From assembly GCF_023055435.1 (NCBI RefSeq), contig NW_025964361.1:12710001-12774000 (forward strand): a stretch of DNA of 64,000 nucleotides. The letters run 5' to 3'. Of this stretch, positions 51,100-63,586 are shown in pieces. Below the pieces are notes generated by a model that worked only from the letters and a program-made list of their open reading frames with translations, searched no databases and was not told the origin of the DNA. Position 1 is the stretch's first letter; the number at the start of each line of letters is the position of its first letter. Source of the DNA: Haliotis rufescens. Lineage: Eukaryota. The position numbers were made by a program, and so were the translations under genes.

Positions 51100-51666
51100 A
51101 CTAGACTAGAAATCCGGTTTCATCAGCAGTACAGAGGTCTGGACAACTTTCAGTTCTCTGATGGCGATCATGAGCTCTGATTTTTCTAGGTACCCAACTT
51201 GCAGATACCTTGGACATACCAATATGCTCATGAATAATGGTTCCAACAGTTCCAACTGATATTTGGAATTCCCTTGAAAGTTCAGATACTTTCACTCGTC
51301 AGACAGATAAAATTATTCTTTCAATAGCAGCAATAGTTTCCGATTGGGTGGCATCTGAAGGCCTGCCTGACTTTGGGTCATCGTCTATGGACTCCCTACC
51401 CCCTTTAAACTGTAGAGACCAACGGCAAACTGTGGAATAGCCAGGAGCATCCTTAACCATTACTTTACACATGCGATCATGGATTTTTAAGGAACTTTAT
51501 TACAGCGCGTTGTTCATGCTTGAGAGAATCCATGATTGTGACCACCCTAAGGTGAATGACGCCATCACATCTAATGATGTTATGACTAATGTCACACCTG
51601 CCACAAGTTGACATCGTTTGTGTAAACACAAATGCCCAAGTAGCAAAACATATTGAGCGCCCCTCG
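51100..51666 (-). mobile_element. Mariner transposon 5' remnant
   Basis: TA|CGAGGGGCGCTCAATA end. EQRAVIKFL, DDPKSGRP, VSASWVPR and TADET motifs. Frameshifted. Confidence 0.88.
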
Positions 51667-51865
51667 TAACTGTTGAAACTACCAATATTCATCCATTACA
51701 TCGATCTGAAGGACATTTCTCCACAAATTGATTCATCTGAAGTAATGTTATAACCCTGATTAACAAAGAAATACGGTAATAATTAGCAAAAAAAACAACA
51801 TGTGCATGAAGAAATATATATGTTTATTTCTCTTGTACTCATGTCTACATGAAACACAGACATGG

Positions 51866-52076
51866 TGTTTGTTTATTTGTTGTTGAACGCTGCACTCAGC
51901 AATATTCCAGCTATATAACGGCGGTCTGTAAATAATCGAGTCTGGACCAGACAATCCAGTGATTGACATCCCGAACATCGATCCATGCAATTGGGATACA
52001 ATGACATCAATGCATCAGGCAAGTCAGCGAGCCTGACCACCCGATCTGGTTAGTCGCCTCTTACGACAAGCATGGA
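51866..52076 (-). mobile_element. Short non-autonomous retroposon, family C; fragments also at ~55300-55397 (-) and ~63093-63620 (+)
   Basis: Head CCATGCTTGTCGTAAGAGGCGACTAA, tail tatagctggaatattgctgagtgcagcgttcaac. Confidence 0.75.
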
Positions 52077-53195
52077 CTACATCACACAATACATAAGTCA
52101 TATTAAAACCAATGCAGATATGTCCAGTGATGCTGATGGGACTATTTTTGTTCATGTAGCATAGACATTCCCACAATCCTTTCTGCAGCTAACAATTGTT
52201 AGCAATGTCAAAGAAGAGTTACATACTGACTTCCATGCCAGAATACAAAGTGCTTCAATCAAGAAGTTTGACATGCAGTTCATCTCATTCTTTACTTTTT
52301 GTTGGTGATGTTGTTTGTTCTGCATTGTCAAACTGATGCTAATATACAGTTACGTCATAATGTGGTCCATGATATCCATGTTCTATTAGAACCTGGCCTC
52401 AAGAGCTGACCACACCAGAATTGACAGCTCTAGAATTGACCCATCTTCCCGAGGCATGGGAGTTAACTGACTTTAAAAGTCTATTTTCGACCCCTGACGA
52501 ACTAGGCTGGAAGTTTGTGGCTTGATTGTAGCGCCACCAGTGGCTATTACCAGTTGTGTCAGATTCCACCTCTCATATCACATGCATTTGCTGCAAACAA
52601 AATGGTGGCGCCCAGTTAAGATAATCTGATCTATAATCAAGATAAATATTATAGTAAAACAGGTCTTACCTCGCAAAGTGCATCAAATCATTTGAGCACC
52701 TAGGTTAAAAACATGAAAAGATTTGTAAAATATCTGTTGATGCCAAGTTGACGGTACACATGCAAATCCTGCAGTTGATTGATATCTGCACGTTGAATTC
52801 CATGTTGTTCATGAACCGGATGTCTAGTTTGTTGCATGATTTTGATTAGCATATACATGTACATAGACTCCATATAGTCCAGCCAAAATATAACTCCTGA
52901 ATTCCAGTCTAGTTTGGCAAGGGTGGAAACTGGACTTTTACAGTCAGGTAACTCCCTTGCCTCAGAAAGATGGAACTCACCACACCAGCAGTGAGTGTAC
53001 CTGAAGTCATGACCTGGTAGTGCAGCTGGCCCTGAACTGACTTCTTCCCATCAGTAATAGTGAGTTTCCAGATAAAGGTACCAGGGCTGCTGAGAGTTCT
53101 GTCTTGGGTTATTGGGTAGGCTGGCACTGTTCCGCATAACCCTGACAACCTTGTATCACATGGATTGAACTAACTCGAGGACAAATCAGTCATCA

Positions 53196-53481
53196 CTATC
53201 TCGTGTGTGCAAACTGAGTGAACTCTAACGTGGTGAAGTTGGGTGCCCTCACCATGGCGTTGTCTGAACAGTGGGTGGGAGAACGGATCTTTATCCGCCG
53301 TATGTGTGTATCTCGACCATTTTGGTGATTGGACAGGACAGTGACCTGGATCATGAACGTCCGGATGGGTTTGTCATTGACGTCTTTGAGTGGGACACAC
53401 ACCCAGCCCACCGGCTCACTCATCTCCACCTGCTCCACCTCCGTCAGGTCGTTGAAGTGGTTGCCAGCTCGGATGGATATT
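53196..53481 (-). CDS. ANAPC10: ANAPC10 coding exon 3
   Basis: tttcag acceptor. Reads ISIRAGNHFNDL...RTFMIQVTVLSNHQNGRDTHIRRIKI...FTQFAHTR*. Spliced CDS is 115+163+286=564 nt, i.e. 187 aa. Confidence 0.96.
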
Positions 53482-53830
53482 CTGAAACAATTCCACCACA
53501 CAGCATTATTGATGAGTTGGTATGTTTCTGAGGGACTAAACAAGTGAAGCCAAAACTTTCATGAAATAACTCGGTGAAAAAGATTATGTAGCTCACCTTC
53601 ATGTTTTTGAAAACTAGAAAAATGTTTGGAAGTACATGAAACATAAGAAGCAGCCGGTCATTTCCAGAAAGAATCATTACAATTTACATATAATCATCCA
53701 TTTCCAGTCGGATGTCTTCAGTTTGGATTATATCTGCCTTCAACAACCTCAAACCAGATTAAACTGCCTTGCCTTCATCATGATATATGAAAAGAAAAAG
53801 ACACCTAAATGTCCCGAATAATGACATTAA

Positions 53831-53943
53831 CAGTGCCCTGTTCCTCAAAGCGATCTTAGCGCTACGATGATCGTAAGCCTATGTTAAAGTATGGGACTTA
53901 AGATCACCTTGGTGCTAACATCACTTTGAGGAACAAGGCCCTG
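53831..53943. mobile_element. Palindromic MITE (Harbinger-like ends)
   Basis: cagtgccctgttcctcaaagcgatcttagcgc ... gtgctaacatcactttgaggaacaaggccctg folds back over its whole length. Confidence 0.7.
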
Positions 53944-55837
53944 CTGCATGTAGGATTTGCTCAGTTTGGGTTGTGTAACCGTTCAACTTAACTAGAAAAT
54001 TGGTACTAGAACTGTTAGGTGTGAACTGTTATTAGAGCAGATACACTGTGAGTTTACATGTCGGAAAAATAAGCCAACTTTTCAAACAGCAGACTAAATA
54101 GGTCACAGGCTTCTCAATGTTACATAATCTGACCAATAAAAGAAACGGAAACTTTCATCAAGAACCTCTACACATTAGATATCTGTTGACACTAGCTTGG
54201 CGACAGGGTCATCCAGTTCTGCTATTTCTGTCACTGGAACTGTCGCTATTGCTGATGTGTGCACCTGAAGTCAGTTAAATGTGTTTGCATGGCTCCAGAA
54301 TGAACTAGGGTAGAGGAAATTGTTTTCCGGACCACAAGTAAAGCTGTCAATGATTTTGGGGCTCCTACCTGGAAAGGAACTGTACTGTCATTGAAGAAAA
54401 CAAAATGGTTGTTGTCTCAGGTGACCTGTCTCAGATATAAAATAAACCTCCCGTCAATGTTTCAATATTGTGCGATCAGAATGGACCAAACATAATTTTG
54501 TTGACTATGTCATTTTAGCTGTTAATTTCTTTAAAAAACATATTATTTCAGACTGAAGAATTTTGATTTTCTTTAAAAAATGTAAGAATGAGAGTGCGCA
54601 CACGTGGCAATGGCAAATTGTGAGTAACTGACCAATGAAATTTTATCTTGTCAAACTGGTTATCCTGTCTATCATCTACTAATGTTACAACGGTATTCAG
54701 ATCGCAGAACCAGTTTTCATTTAGACCAATGAAAGTTTAGCTTAGTGTAAGGGAGGTTACACACATTTGTTTTACTAACTGATCGACTATCATAAGTCCA
54801 ACATTCATTGTGACATAAACATGATAAAAGACGGCAATTTGTGGAAGAAATTAAATCTTCCAACAGCATTCTGGATGACCTGGCTGAGAGTGGAGTCACA
54901 TTTCCAACTGTAGAAACTGCTGGTGACAATTTTGTCCAGGTTTGTTCAGCGACATATTCTACATTAAAGTAACTTACGTCCCCATATATCTACTTGTATA
55001 AAAAAAAATAACTGGCAATTAAAAAATGTATTATATGTTTTATAACCAGGTTAACGTTCTTACTTACCCAAGTGGCATTTTTTTTTTTTAAATTTACAGT
55101 AATATGGGCACATGGAGTGGACAAACACTTCTCTACATTGCTGTGAGGTGAGGGGGAAAAGGGTCACATTTACACTGCACTCACTGTACGTGGGGTACTG
55201 GGCACATGGAGTGGACAAACACTTCTTCTCTACATTGCTGTCAGGTGAGGGGAAAAGGGTCATATTTACACTGCACTCAGAAGGATTCCAACCTCATGAC
55301 TGCAGACTGTCAATAATCCAGTGATTGACATCAGCATCGATCAGCGCAATTGGGATATCACATACATCAACCAAGTCAGTGACACTGACCACCCAATTAT
55401 TGCCTCAAAACCTAGTCACTTTCAATTAATTTGTGTACAGAAATGCATGCATCAAATGAAAAACTCAAATGTATAAAAACAGCTCACGTAAATAACTTAT
55501 GAAGCTTTTTCAGCATGCGAACAAAGGAGGTAATTTCCAAAACACAATTCCGAATTAATTTACTTACCGTGAGTGAGTGAGTTAAAAATTTAACGTCACA
55601 TCGGCAATATTTCAGCCATATCGTGACGAATTTACTAACTGAGTCAAGCCTATATATTTAGAAGTTATATACATCTAAACATAATTTCATTTTTTTTAAA
55701 TCTTAAAATGTTCACTTATTTTGGGAAAAACACAATAGGGTGATGCATAGATGAGTGAATAAATATTGGTTACCAAATGAAAATGTAATAACCAAATTAA
55801 AATAGAAACCCCAGGGTGAAAACTCAATAGCTCAAAA

Positions 55838-56988
55838 GGCAAGGTTCATGTTTAGATGATTGCATTGTTAACGTTTAGTTGATTGCAAGGTTCATGTATA
55901 GTTGATTGCAAGGTTCATGTATAGTTGATTGCAAGGTTCATGTTTAGTTGATTGCAAGGTTCATGTATAGTTGATTGCAAGGTTCATGTATAGTTGATTG
56001 CAAGGTTCATGTTTAGTTGATTGCAAGGTTCATGTTTAGTTGATTGCAAGGTTCACGTTTAAATGATTGCAAGGTACACGTTTAGTTGATTGCAAGGTTC
56101 ATGTTTAGTTGATTGCAAGGTTCATGTTTAGTTGATTGCAAGGTTCATGTATAGTTGATTGCAAGGTTCATGTTTGGTTGATTGCAAGGTTCATGTATAG
56201 TTGATTGCAAGGTTCATGTTTAGTTGATTGCAAGGTACACGTTTAGTTGATTGCAAGGTACACGTTTAGTTGATTGCAAGGTTCATGTTTAGTTGATTGC
56301 AAGGTTCATGTTTATTTGATTGGAAGGTACACGTTTAGGTAATTGCAAGGTACATGTTTAGTTGATTGCAAGGTTCATGTATAGTTGATTGCAAGGTTCA
56401 TGTATAGTTGATTGCAAGGTTCATGTTTGGGTGATTGCAAGGTTCATGTTTAGTTGATTGCAAGGTTCATGTTTATTTGATTGGAAGGTACACGTTTAGG
56501 TAATTGCAAGGTACATGTTTAGTTGATTGCAAGGTTCATGTATAGTTGATTGCAAGGTTCATGTATAGTTGATTGCAAGGTTCATGTTTGGGTGATTGCA
56601 AGGTTCATGTTTAGTTGATTGCAAGGTTCACGTTTAAATGATTGCAAGGTACACGTTTAGTTGATTGCAAGGTTCATGTTTAGTTGATTGCAAGGTTCAT
56701 GTATAGTTGATTGCAAGGTTCATGTTTAGTTGATTGCAAGGTTCATGTTTAGTTGATTGCAAGGTTCATGTATATTTGATTGCAAGGTTCATGTTTAGTT
56801 GATTGCAAGGTTCATGTTTAGTTGATTGCAAGGTTCATGTTTAGGTGATTGCAAGGTTCATATTTAGTTGATTGCAAGGTTCATGTTTAGTTGATTGCAA
56901 GGTTCATGTTTAGGTGATTGCAATATTCATATTTAGTTGATTGCAAGGTTCATGTTTAGTTGACTGCAAGGTTCATGTTTAGTTGATT
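55838..56988. repeat. 23-bp minisatellite, ~50 copies, in ANAPC10 intron 2
   Basis: Unit gttgattgcaaggttcatgt(t/a)ta. Confidence 0.97.
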
Positions 56989-57100
56989 GAGTTTGGTCTC
57001 CACTGTGAACCAATGCTTGTTTGCCAATGTAAGGGAGCGATGACACTTTTACACAGCTTGAAGCAAAACAACATTTACATAAACATGATAGACAGTGTAC

Positions 57101-57263
57101 CTGTTAGGAGTGTAGCTTTCATCTGCCTTATAATCCGCATACAGACAGATATCTTGTATTGTTGTTTTCTTCTTGAATTGGATGTTCACAAGGTGTGGCT
57201 GAGGTCCATCTGACTGCCAAAAGGTCTCGTAGGATTCATCCCTAAGCTGATCTACTCCAAATC
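57101..57263 (-). CDS. ANAPC10: ANAPC10 coding exon 2
   Basis: tttgcag acceptor. Reads GFGVDQLRDESYETFWQSDGPQPHLVNIQFKKKTTIQDICLYADYKADESYTPN(R). GT donor at 57100, 163 nt, phases match exons 1 and 3. Confidence 0.96.
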
Positions 57264-57384
57264 CTGCAAAATGATCACAGCTGTCCATTTGATTATGTTT
57301 TTTGCATAGGCCCACAGAAAATGTCAAATTTTTATGTTACTGAAAACAGAAAATATTGCAGTGCAGTTTTCCTGGCTAAGTGTG

Positions 57385-57707
57385 AGAGGTGAGGTGCGGT
57401 GAGATCACGTTCAAGATTATTCCACTTATACCATGTATACAGCGAAATGCGTGCACTTGGGTATGTATGTGTGTGTTGTGTGTATGGCTGCTTGCACTAG
57501 TACGGACTAATGCCAATTTTATAGTGCTAGCCGACTGAGAAACCAAGCCCATTTAACAGGAATACCCCACTCAGACACAGTATACTGACTCCAAGCCAAC
57601 CAGTCCTTATTTTAGACCCTTAATGCTTAGTGCCAGGCAGGGTAACAACAAGTACCATCTTTTTGTATGACATGGCCAGGCACTCTACCACTAGACCAAA
57701 GAGGTGG
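57385..57707 (-). mobile_element. Degenerate SINE, family A
   Basis: Homologous to 63232-63586 with a deletion in the head. Confidence 0.75.
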
Positions 57708-58779
57708 TTACAGTGCAAGAGGACCCATCCCCCGATGGCTCTGGGTGGCGTCACACCTTTAGTTCATGCATGATTCAATTTACAAACAAAAACAACAGGC
57801 CTCCGCACAGCGAAGCCGACAACCCAAGTGCTGTGCAGAATAACTGGCTTTGGTCATGTTTTTATTAGAGGAAAATTGAAGAGAAAGCTTCTTTGCATTT
57901 CTTACGGATAAGTTACAAAATACAAATTGCCAGCTTGATTGGATTAGATCAAAGCCTAGATTACAACCTAAATGCCTTGGTCATATGAAGATAATCATGT
58001 TGAAGAACACTCTCCTACCTAGGGCCAGCCTAGTACCTCTGCCACATCGTCACACCTTACACAGTCCATTAAGATATGCATTATGTTTTTCATCTGTTTC
58101 AAATGTGAAAAACTCTTTCCATTTTCGTATTTATCCTCTGTTTACACTGGAAGTATGGCTCTACATGCTGTCATCAAAGCCCTTCGGAGAGGTCATGATA
58201 CAGTCACTTTGATGTGTAAAGCCATATTGTCATGCATCTCTGTCACAGTTGTAGTACCATATCGATATAATTATGCAAAACAATATGTACATGTACCAAA
58301 AGGCTCTCATTAGGCATTTTTTCAGAATAAGTGCGTTTGTAAACAACAAGCACAAAGTCCGGTAAAGCCTACTCCTGTGGTGTGGTCACTGGAGCAGAAA
58401 CTTCTCCCACGGAATATGGCACGCAGGACCAAGTTAGCTTTGGGGTTATTGTTTGCAAACAATGCTTCAGACTGTCAACATACTGGCCCTTTCAAGGTAG
58501 CCACTGAGTAGTCATTTTTTAAACATGGGTACAAGCCTTATCATGCTTATGTAGCAAAACCAGAAGGCTCAATCGAATGTCTACTTATATAAATTGTTTC
58601 TTTTGCAGCATGATGTGTACTGCTGTGAAGGGGGATTCCACTGTAGTGTATTTAGGCCATGTGTTTAGGTCTTCCACTGGTGGGGTAGTATGACAGTTTC
58701 TGGAATGTTTTTGAAGCAATCTCATTAAAACCAGACCTTAGTTCTCGCTACCGCTAAACAAAGATCTGAAGACATCCCA

Positions 58780-59186
58780 TTAGGGCTAAGACTATCGCGA
58801 CTCACATACTTTAACAGACTAACGACTGTCGTTGCGCTACAATACGATCGCCTTGTGGAACGGGCCTTGCACCTGAAAGTTTACAATAACGTCACAATAC
58901 CCGATGACGTAATCTGTGGAATTTTGTTGCAAGATCCATTGGCAAAACAATGCCATGTGATTTCAGCCTAGCAACAAGGTTGCTGGGGTCATCGAGTGTG
59001 CATAAGCTCCTCTCAGTGATCTATCAATTCTACACGCAATGTCGTTGAATAAGCCAAGGGATGTTGAGAGCTTTCAATATTTGTTCGTGAAACGTGTTCC
59101 GAGAGTACATAAGCACGCGTTTTGGTATTACACAATGTGTAATACAGCTGTATGTAAACGGGTGATCTCTTCAAGGGCAAGTAATA
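58780..59186 (-). mobile_element. Partial copy of the same element in ANAPC10 intron 1
   Basis: Reverse-complement homolog of ~33851-34245. Ends aagggcaagtaataa. Confidence 0.75.
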
Positions 59187-59430
59187 AATCACTGTTATTT
59201 TATGTCAATTGAATGCGCAATGTTAGTTTATGCTGATTTCGGAAGAGTTCATGTCTGAGCAGTTCAAACAGGCTGATCTGCAGCATCCTCCAATAACAAG
59301 CTTCGCAAATGTATTGGTTCTAGTGTTCATCTCAGACTTCTTACAATCTGGCCATACTCCCGATATTATAGCATGCCAACTCTCCGCTAACTAGGCCTAT
59401 ATCGCAGTGTTCACAGCTCCATGGGCCTAC

Positions 59431-59545
59431 CTGGTTTGCACGATGACAAAGACCATACCGCTTGGTTACCAACTTCTCTCAATTTTCCCTCCCGTTCTGC
59501 TTTGAATATATCAACATCCTGCACTCCGTTCATCTTCTTCGCCAT
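59431..59545 (-). CDS. ANAPC10: ANAPC10/APC10 (anaphase-promoting complex subunit 10), coding exon 1
   Basis: ATG at 59545. Reads MAKKMNGVQDVDIFKAEREGKLREVGNQAVWSLSSCKP(G), the conserved APC10 N-terminus. GT donor at 59430, 115 nt, phase 1. Confidence 0.95.
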
Positions 59546-59630
59546 TTTAGATAGTACGTAGTTGCAGCTTTTCTATCTGAAGAGAAGACCAAATATGTTC
59601 AATTTCGCCGCGATCTTATAACGGAAGTTC
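59538..59630 (-). promoter_or_regulatory. Likely ANAPC10 core promoter / 5' UTR
   Basis: YY1-like AAAATGGCG overlaps the ATG. ETS-like CGGAAGT at 59622-59628. Motif match only. Confidence 0.4.
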
Positions 59631-59858
59631 ATTTGCCTGTAAAATACGGACAATTCCTGTTTGTGCCTGTGGCTGGGATTGCGATAATTTCGTGACCCAA
59701 ACGAATTCGTACCCCTAGAAAATTCGTAACCCTATAAATAATTAAGAAACTTCGTAACCCTATTTCGTATTTCGGCACCCGTGTTTCTAAATATTCGTTT
59801 ATGCTTTCCAAACATCTTTTATTCGTGTACATAGATCTACATGGACACTAATACGATA

Positions 59859-60219
59859 GGTGAGGTGAGGTGAGGGTTAACTTCACGTGCAAGATAATTG
59901 CACTTATAAAGCGACGTGCATGCACGTGTGGGTGCGTGGCTGCTTGTACTAGTCCGGACTTATGCCGATTTATAGTGCTAGCCCACTGCCGCAGGTTAAC
60001 ATGAATACCCCACTCAGACACAGGATACTGACTCCGAGCACGACCATGCAGTCCTTGGTTTTGCCCCTTAATGCCGAACGCCAGACAGGGTAACAACAAG
60101 TATACTCGGACCCGTGGTACCGCGATAACCCGAGGTTGCAGGCTACCATCTCTTAACGTCTTTTGGTATGACGCTGCCGGGGATCGAACCCCGGACCTTC
60201 CGCTCTCCGGGCGGATGCT
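59859..60219 (-). mobile_element. tRNA-derived SINE, family A, 5'-truncated
   Basis: B box GGTTCGATCC, (CCTCA)n tail, 13-bp TSD cactaatacgata at 59846-59858 and 60220-60232. Confidence 0.88.
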
Positions 60220-60799
60220 CACTAATACGATATTTAGGTCTTTATATTTATTTTCTATATTTAGGATCCATGGTGTATGCTATATCATAGTCGCTATCTA
60301 GTCATATCGCACATTGTGACGCTGAAGATATGACGTCACAGTCGTTTATAGAAAAATATCCAAATTCCAAGGTCACGGTTGTCCCCAAAACTGAAAATAT
60401 ATTTTCTTTGTAGATTTGTACGAAATATATTGCCAAACATCCTTTGAATATAGCTTTGCGTTTTGTAGCCTATAATTGTACTGTAGATAGAATTGTTTTA
60501 ATATGCCTACCTACGATGACTGAAAAAAGTACTATTCTGTGAATGTTATAGCTTCTGCGGTGATATAGCCGTCAAATCGGCTGTTCCAATCAGGTTTTTT
60601 TGGTGTGATTTGATGCCTCTGATTGACCTATCTAAATCGAGTATTTTCCAAATTCATGGTAGAATATATGTTGTTAAGATCTGTGTGTAAATCACGATTT
60701 TATAAAACGAATTTATTGCTTATTGCACAAGAGTTACGAAATTACGATTTGGGGTGCGAAATATCTCATTTCAGGTGATTGGTCGTTGTGGATGAAGGA

Positions 60800-61070
60800 G
60801 TGAGTGAGTGAGTTGGGTTTAACGCCGCTTTTAACAGTATTTCAGTTATATCACGGCGTGCCAGCTTAATGTGGGAGAAAAGCCCGAAGTGATGCAGGTC
60901 TGAGACGTTTACCACTTCGGTGAAACCAACGAGCACGGGTGTGGTGCTGACAAACCTAGAAACATAATTGGGGCGAACCGGGATTCGAACCCACAATCAT
61001 AGGTTTCTGGCGTGCCCAAGGGACGCAACTCTGCACAGCGAATCGCGGCGCCTTAGACGACTACCCCCTG
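60800..61070 (-). mobile_element. tRNA-derived SINE, family B
   Basis: B box GGTTCGAATCC, (CTCA)n tail, 13-bp TSD tgtggatgaagga at 60787-60799 and 61071-61083. Confidence 0.88.
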
Positions 61071-62569
61071 TGTGGATGAAGGAAGTTTGAAACATACGTT
61101 GTAGGTATTGAATGCTCCAGAGAGCAAAGGTAGGCCCCACAAACGTGGCATGTACATAGGCATAAGAAACATCAATATGCAAGATACATGTTATACACCG
61201 AGCTAGGAGTGTACATAAAACATATTCTGAATTAAGAAAAATGTATATTCTCATTGCTTTTAGACACTGTTCTCCCTAACATCTTTTTTATATCCTAATG
61301 CTTGTAAGAAATTGCAAATTGCAAACAACCTCAAATTATTGCATTCTGTGTTCACCATGCTCTGTTGAACATAAACGATTGTTAGCGATGGACATGAAAA
61401 AGACTGTATAAAGTTTGCCGAGTGAGTCCGGTTAATATGTCTCCGAAGAAGGAACGGAAATGACGTTTGCGCATGCGTGTCAAATATCAACAGGAAATGG
61501 GTTATCTGTATATAATTCTACGGAGATAACTTGAATGATGATTAATTGTATTTCTTACAACTCTGTACGTTAATGTGGAGCTCATTTATATTTCATAGTG
61601 TCATGGATGTTAATCAGACATAGATTAGCGAATGTAACGTTTATTACTCTGTGAAATAGGAGCAGCAGCGAGCACTTTCTTGGAGCTGTCAAACTGAGAA
61701 TGTGATTGTCAGAGCCCTGTCATTTAAGTGTTCAAAATGATATGTCGATAGAGTTCAGCTGATTTGTCTTCTGCATCAACTTAGTGAACCGAAAATTTCT
61801 CTACGCAGACTGAAGATGCAACAATCAGCTCCAAATGACAGAGGTTGGTGGACCTATCAGTGTGTTATCTTGTACATGTTGTAGTTGTAAAGAAATTGTG
61901 ACTTAATTCACTCCTGTAGTTTCTACAACTCTTTCTCATCAGGCTCATATTGTATATATCATATTGTGGCTAGACTTAAGAACTGACTTTCACTTTAAAA
62001 GAGTTCTTTGGGAGAATGAACCTCGCAAGCGTTGTCGTTCATACAGATTGCCCCTCACTCTGTGAAGGTTCATACTCCAATAAACTGACATGATCAATTC
62101 ATAATTTTTTTTTACGAATACTGTTTAATACCTCAAAGAATGCATAGTCAATTTCATTAATAGCAACATTGCAGTACTTCCAGTTACTGTATTTGCTAAA
62201 ATAACATGAATTCTTTCAGAAGATGTTATAATCATGATAATGTATCATATGACCATGATGACCCCAAATACATGAAACACGCTATTTGCAGTTAATATAT
62301 GAATATGGTATAACAGGTCTATCTTTTTAAGTTTTGATTGAAAATTGCACATTTTTTCGTAGTTCCGTGTTGTTGATCATCTCAGGGCCAGCAGGCTATT
62401 TGTACTAAAATGTCTTGGTTACCCCCAACTCTATCCTTAGCCCTTGGATCCCTTTGCTGAAAAAAATCTAAATGAGAACTAATTATTTGTGAAAGCACCA
62501 TGGTTCCGTTTAAATAGTTGTCTAATCTAAAATGAGTCTATCCAACGTGTCCAAGTTTCAGACTGTCAA

Positions 62570-62858
62570 GCGGGCATTTGCGTCCCAGTTGTCTAACATG
62601 TCAAAGACACCGCAATTCGCTGTTTTGAGTTGTGTCCCTTGGACACCCTAGAAACCTGTGATCATGATGATTGTGGGTTTGTATCCTGGTTAAGCCTGAT
62701 TATGTTTCTAGGTCTGTCAGCTCCATGACCATCCAAAGTGGTTAGTTAATGTCTGTGACCTGCATCACTTTGGCGTTTCTTTTCACTCTAAGCAGACCCA
62801 GGCTCGCCTTGATATAACTGGAATACAGTTCAAATTGGCATTAAACCCAACTGACTCA
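62570..62858 (+). mobile_element. Old diverged SINE, family B
   Basis: Recognisable homology to the reverse complement of 60800-61070. Confidence 0.65.
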
Positions 62859-63231
62859 AACTTCCTCCACTCATACATTAAATTAGCATGAATAGTGCTA
62901 CACTTCTTACATGAACACGAAACACATAAGGTTGAAAAGCTCTGAACTGGTCCATGATATGCTCTACTTATAACAGTATCCTTTGTATTTGTATTCAACA
63001 ACAATCAGAAAGTAACACATGCTACAGTACCCTTGTGTAATATATTGACTCAGAAATGCACCATGTTCACATTCCAGGTTAAAATTGTGATTACTATGCT
63101 GGTCGTATGAGGCAACAAAATAGATTGGGTGGTCAGACTCAGTGACTTGGTTGAATGTGTATGATCATACTCCAAGCGTGGATTGTCGCTCACTGTATCG
63201 ATCACTGGTTTCTCTGATCCAGACTTGATTA

Positions 63232-63586
63232 GACCGCCTCCGTGGTCTAGTGGTAGAGCGTCCGCCAGGAGAGCGGAAGGTCCGGGGTTCGATCCCCGGC
63301 CGAGTCATACCAAAAGACGTTAAAAAATGGTACTTGTTGTTGCCCTGTCTGGCGCTCAGCATTAAGGGGCTAAAACAAGGACTGGTCGGCTTGGAGTCAG
63401 TATAGTGTGTCTGAGTGGGGTATTCATGTTAAACTGCGGCATGGTATCTCAGTGAGCTAGCACTATAAATCGGCATCAGTCCGGACTAGTACAAGCAGCC
63501 ACACAAACACACACACGTACATGCACGTCTCTTTATAAGTGCAATAATCTTGGACGCGACGTTAAACCCCATTTCACTTCACCTCA
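63232..63586 (+). mobile_element. Full-length tRNA-derived SINE, family A (core resembles the MetaSINE domain), nested in a family C element
   Basis: A box TGGTCTAGTGG, B box GGTTCGATCC, core gtcataccaaaagacgttaaaaaatggtac...ggcgctcagcattaaggg. 13-bp TSD ccagacttgatta at 63219-63231 and 63587-63599. Confidence 0.92.

Noticed and set aside
49648-51104. Long repeat ORFs (307, 230, 183, 172 aa), superficially like ice-nucleation or antifreeze repeats
   Set aside because: They are translations of a 27-bp satellite open in several frames on both strands, with frame-breaking unit deletions and no unique domain.
53482-53543. N-terminal extensions of the ANAPC10 exon ORFs in the track (also 57264-57327 and 57049-57100)
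   Set aside because: Intronic read-through beyond canonical splice sites.
55838-56988. CRISPR-like array (also considered for 49681-51083)
   Set aside because: Head-to-tail units with no unique spacers, no cas genes, eukaryotic context.
63232-63305. tRNA gene
   Set aside because: The A and B boxes continue into a SINE core and tail with a 13-bp TSD, so this is a SINE head. The same applies at 60180-60219 and 60970-61070.
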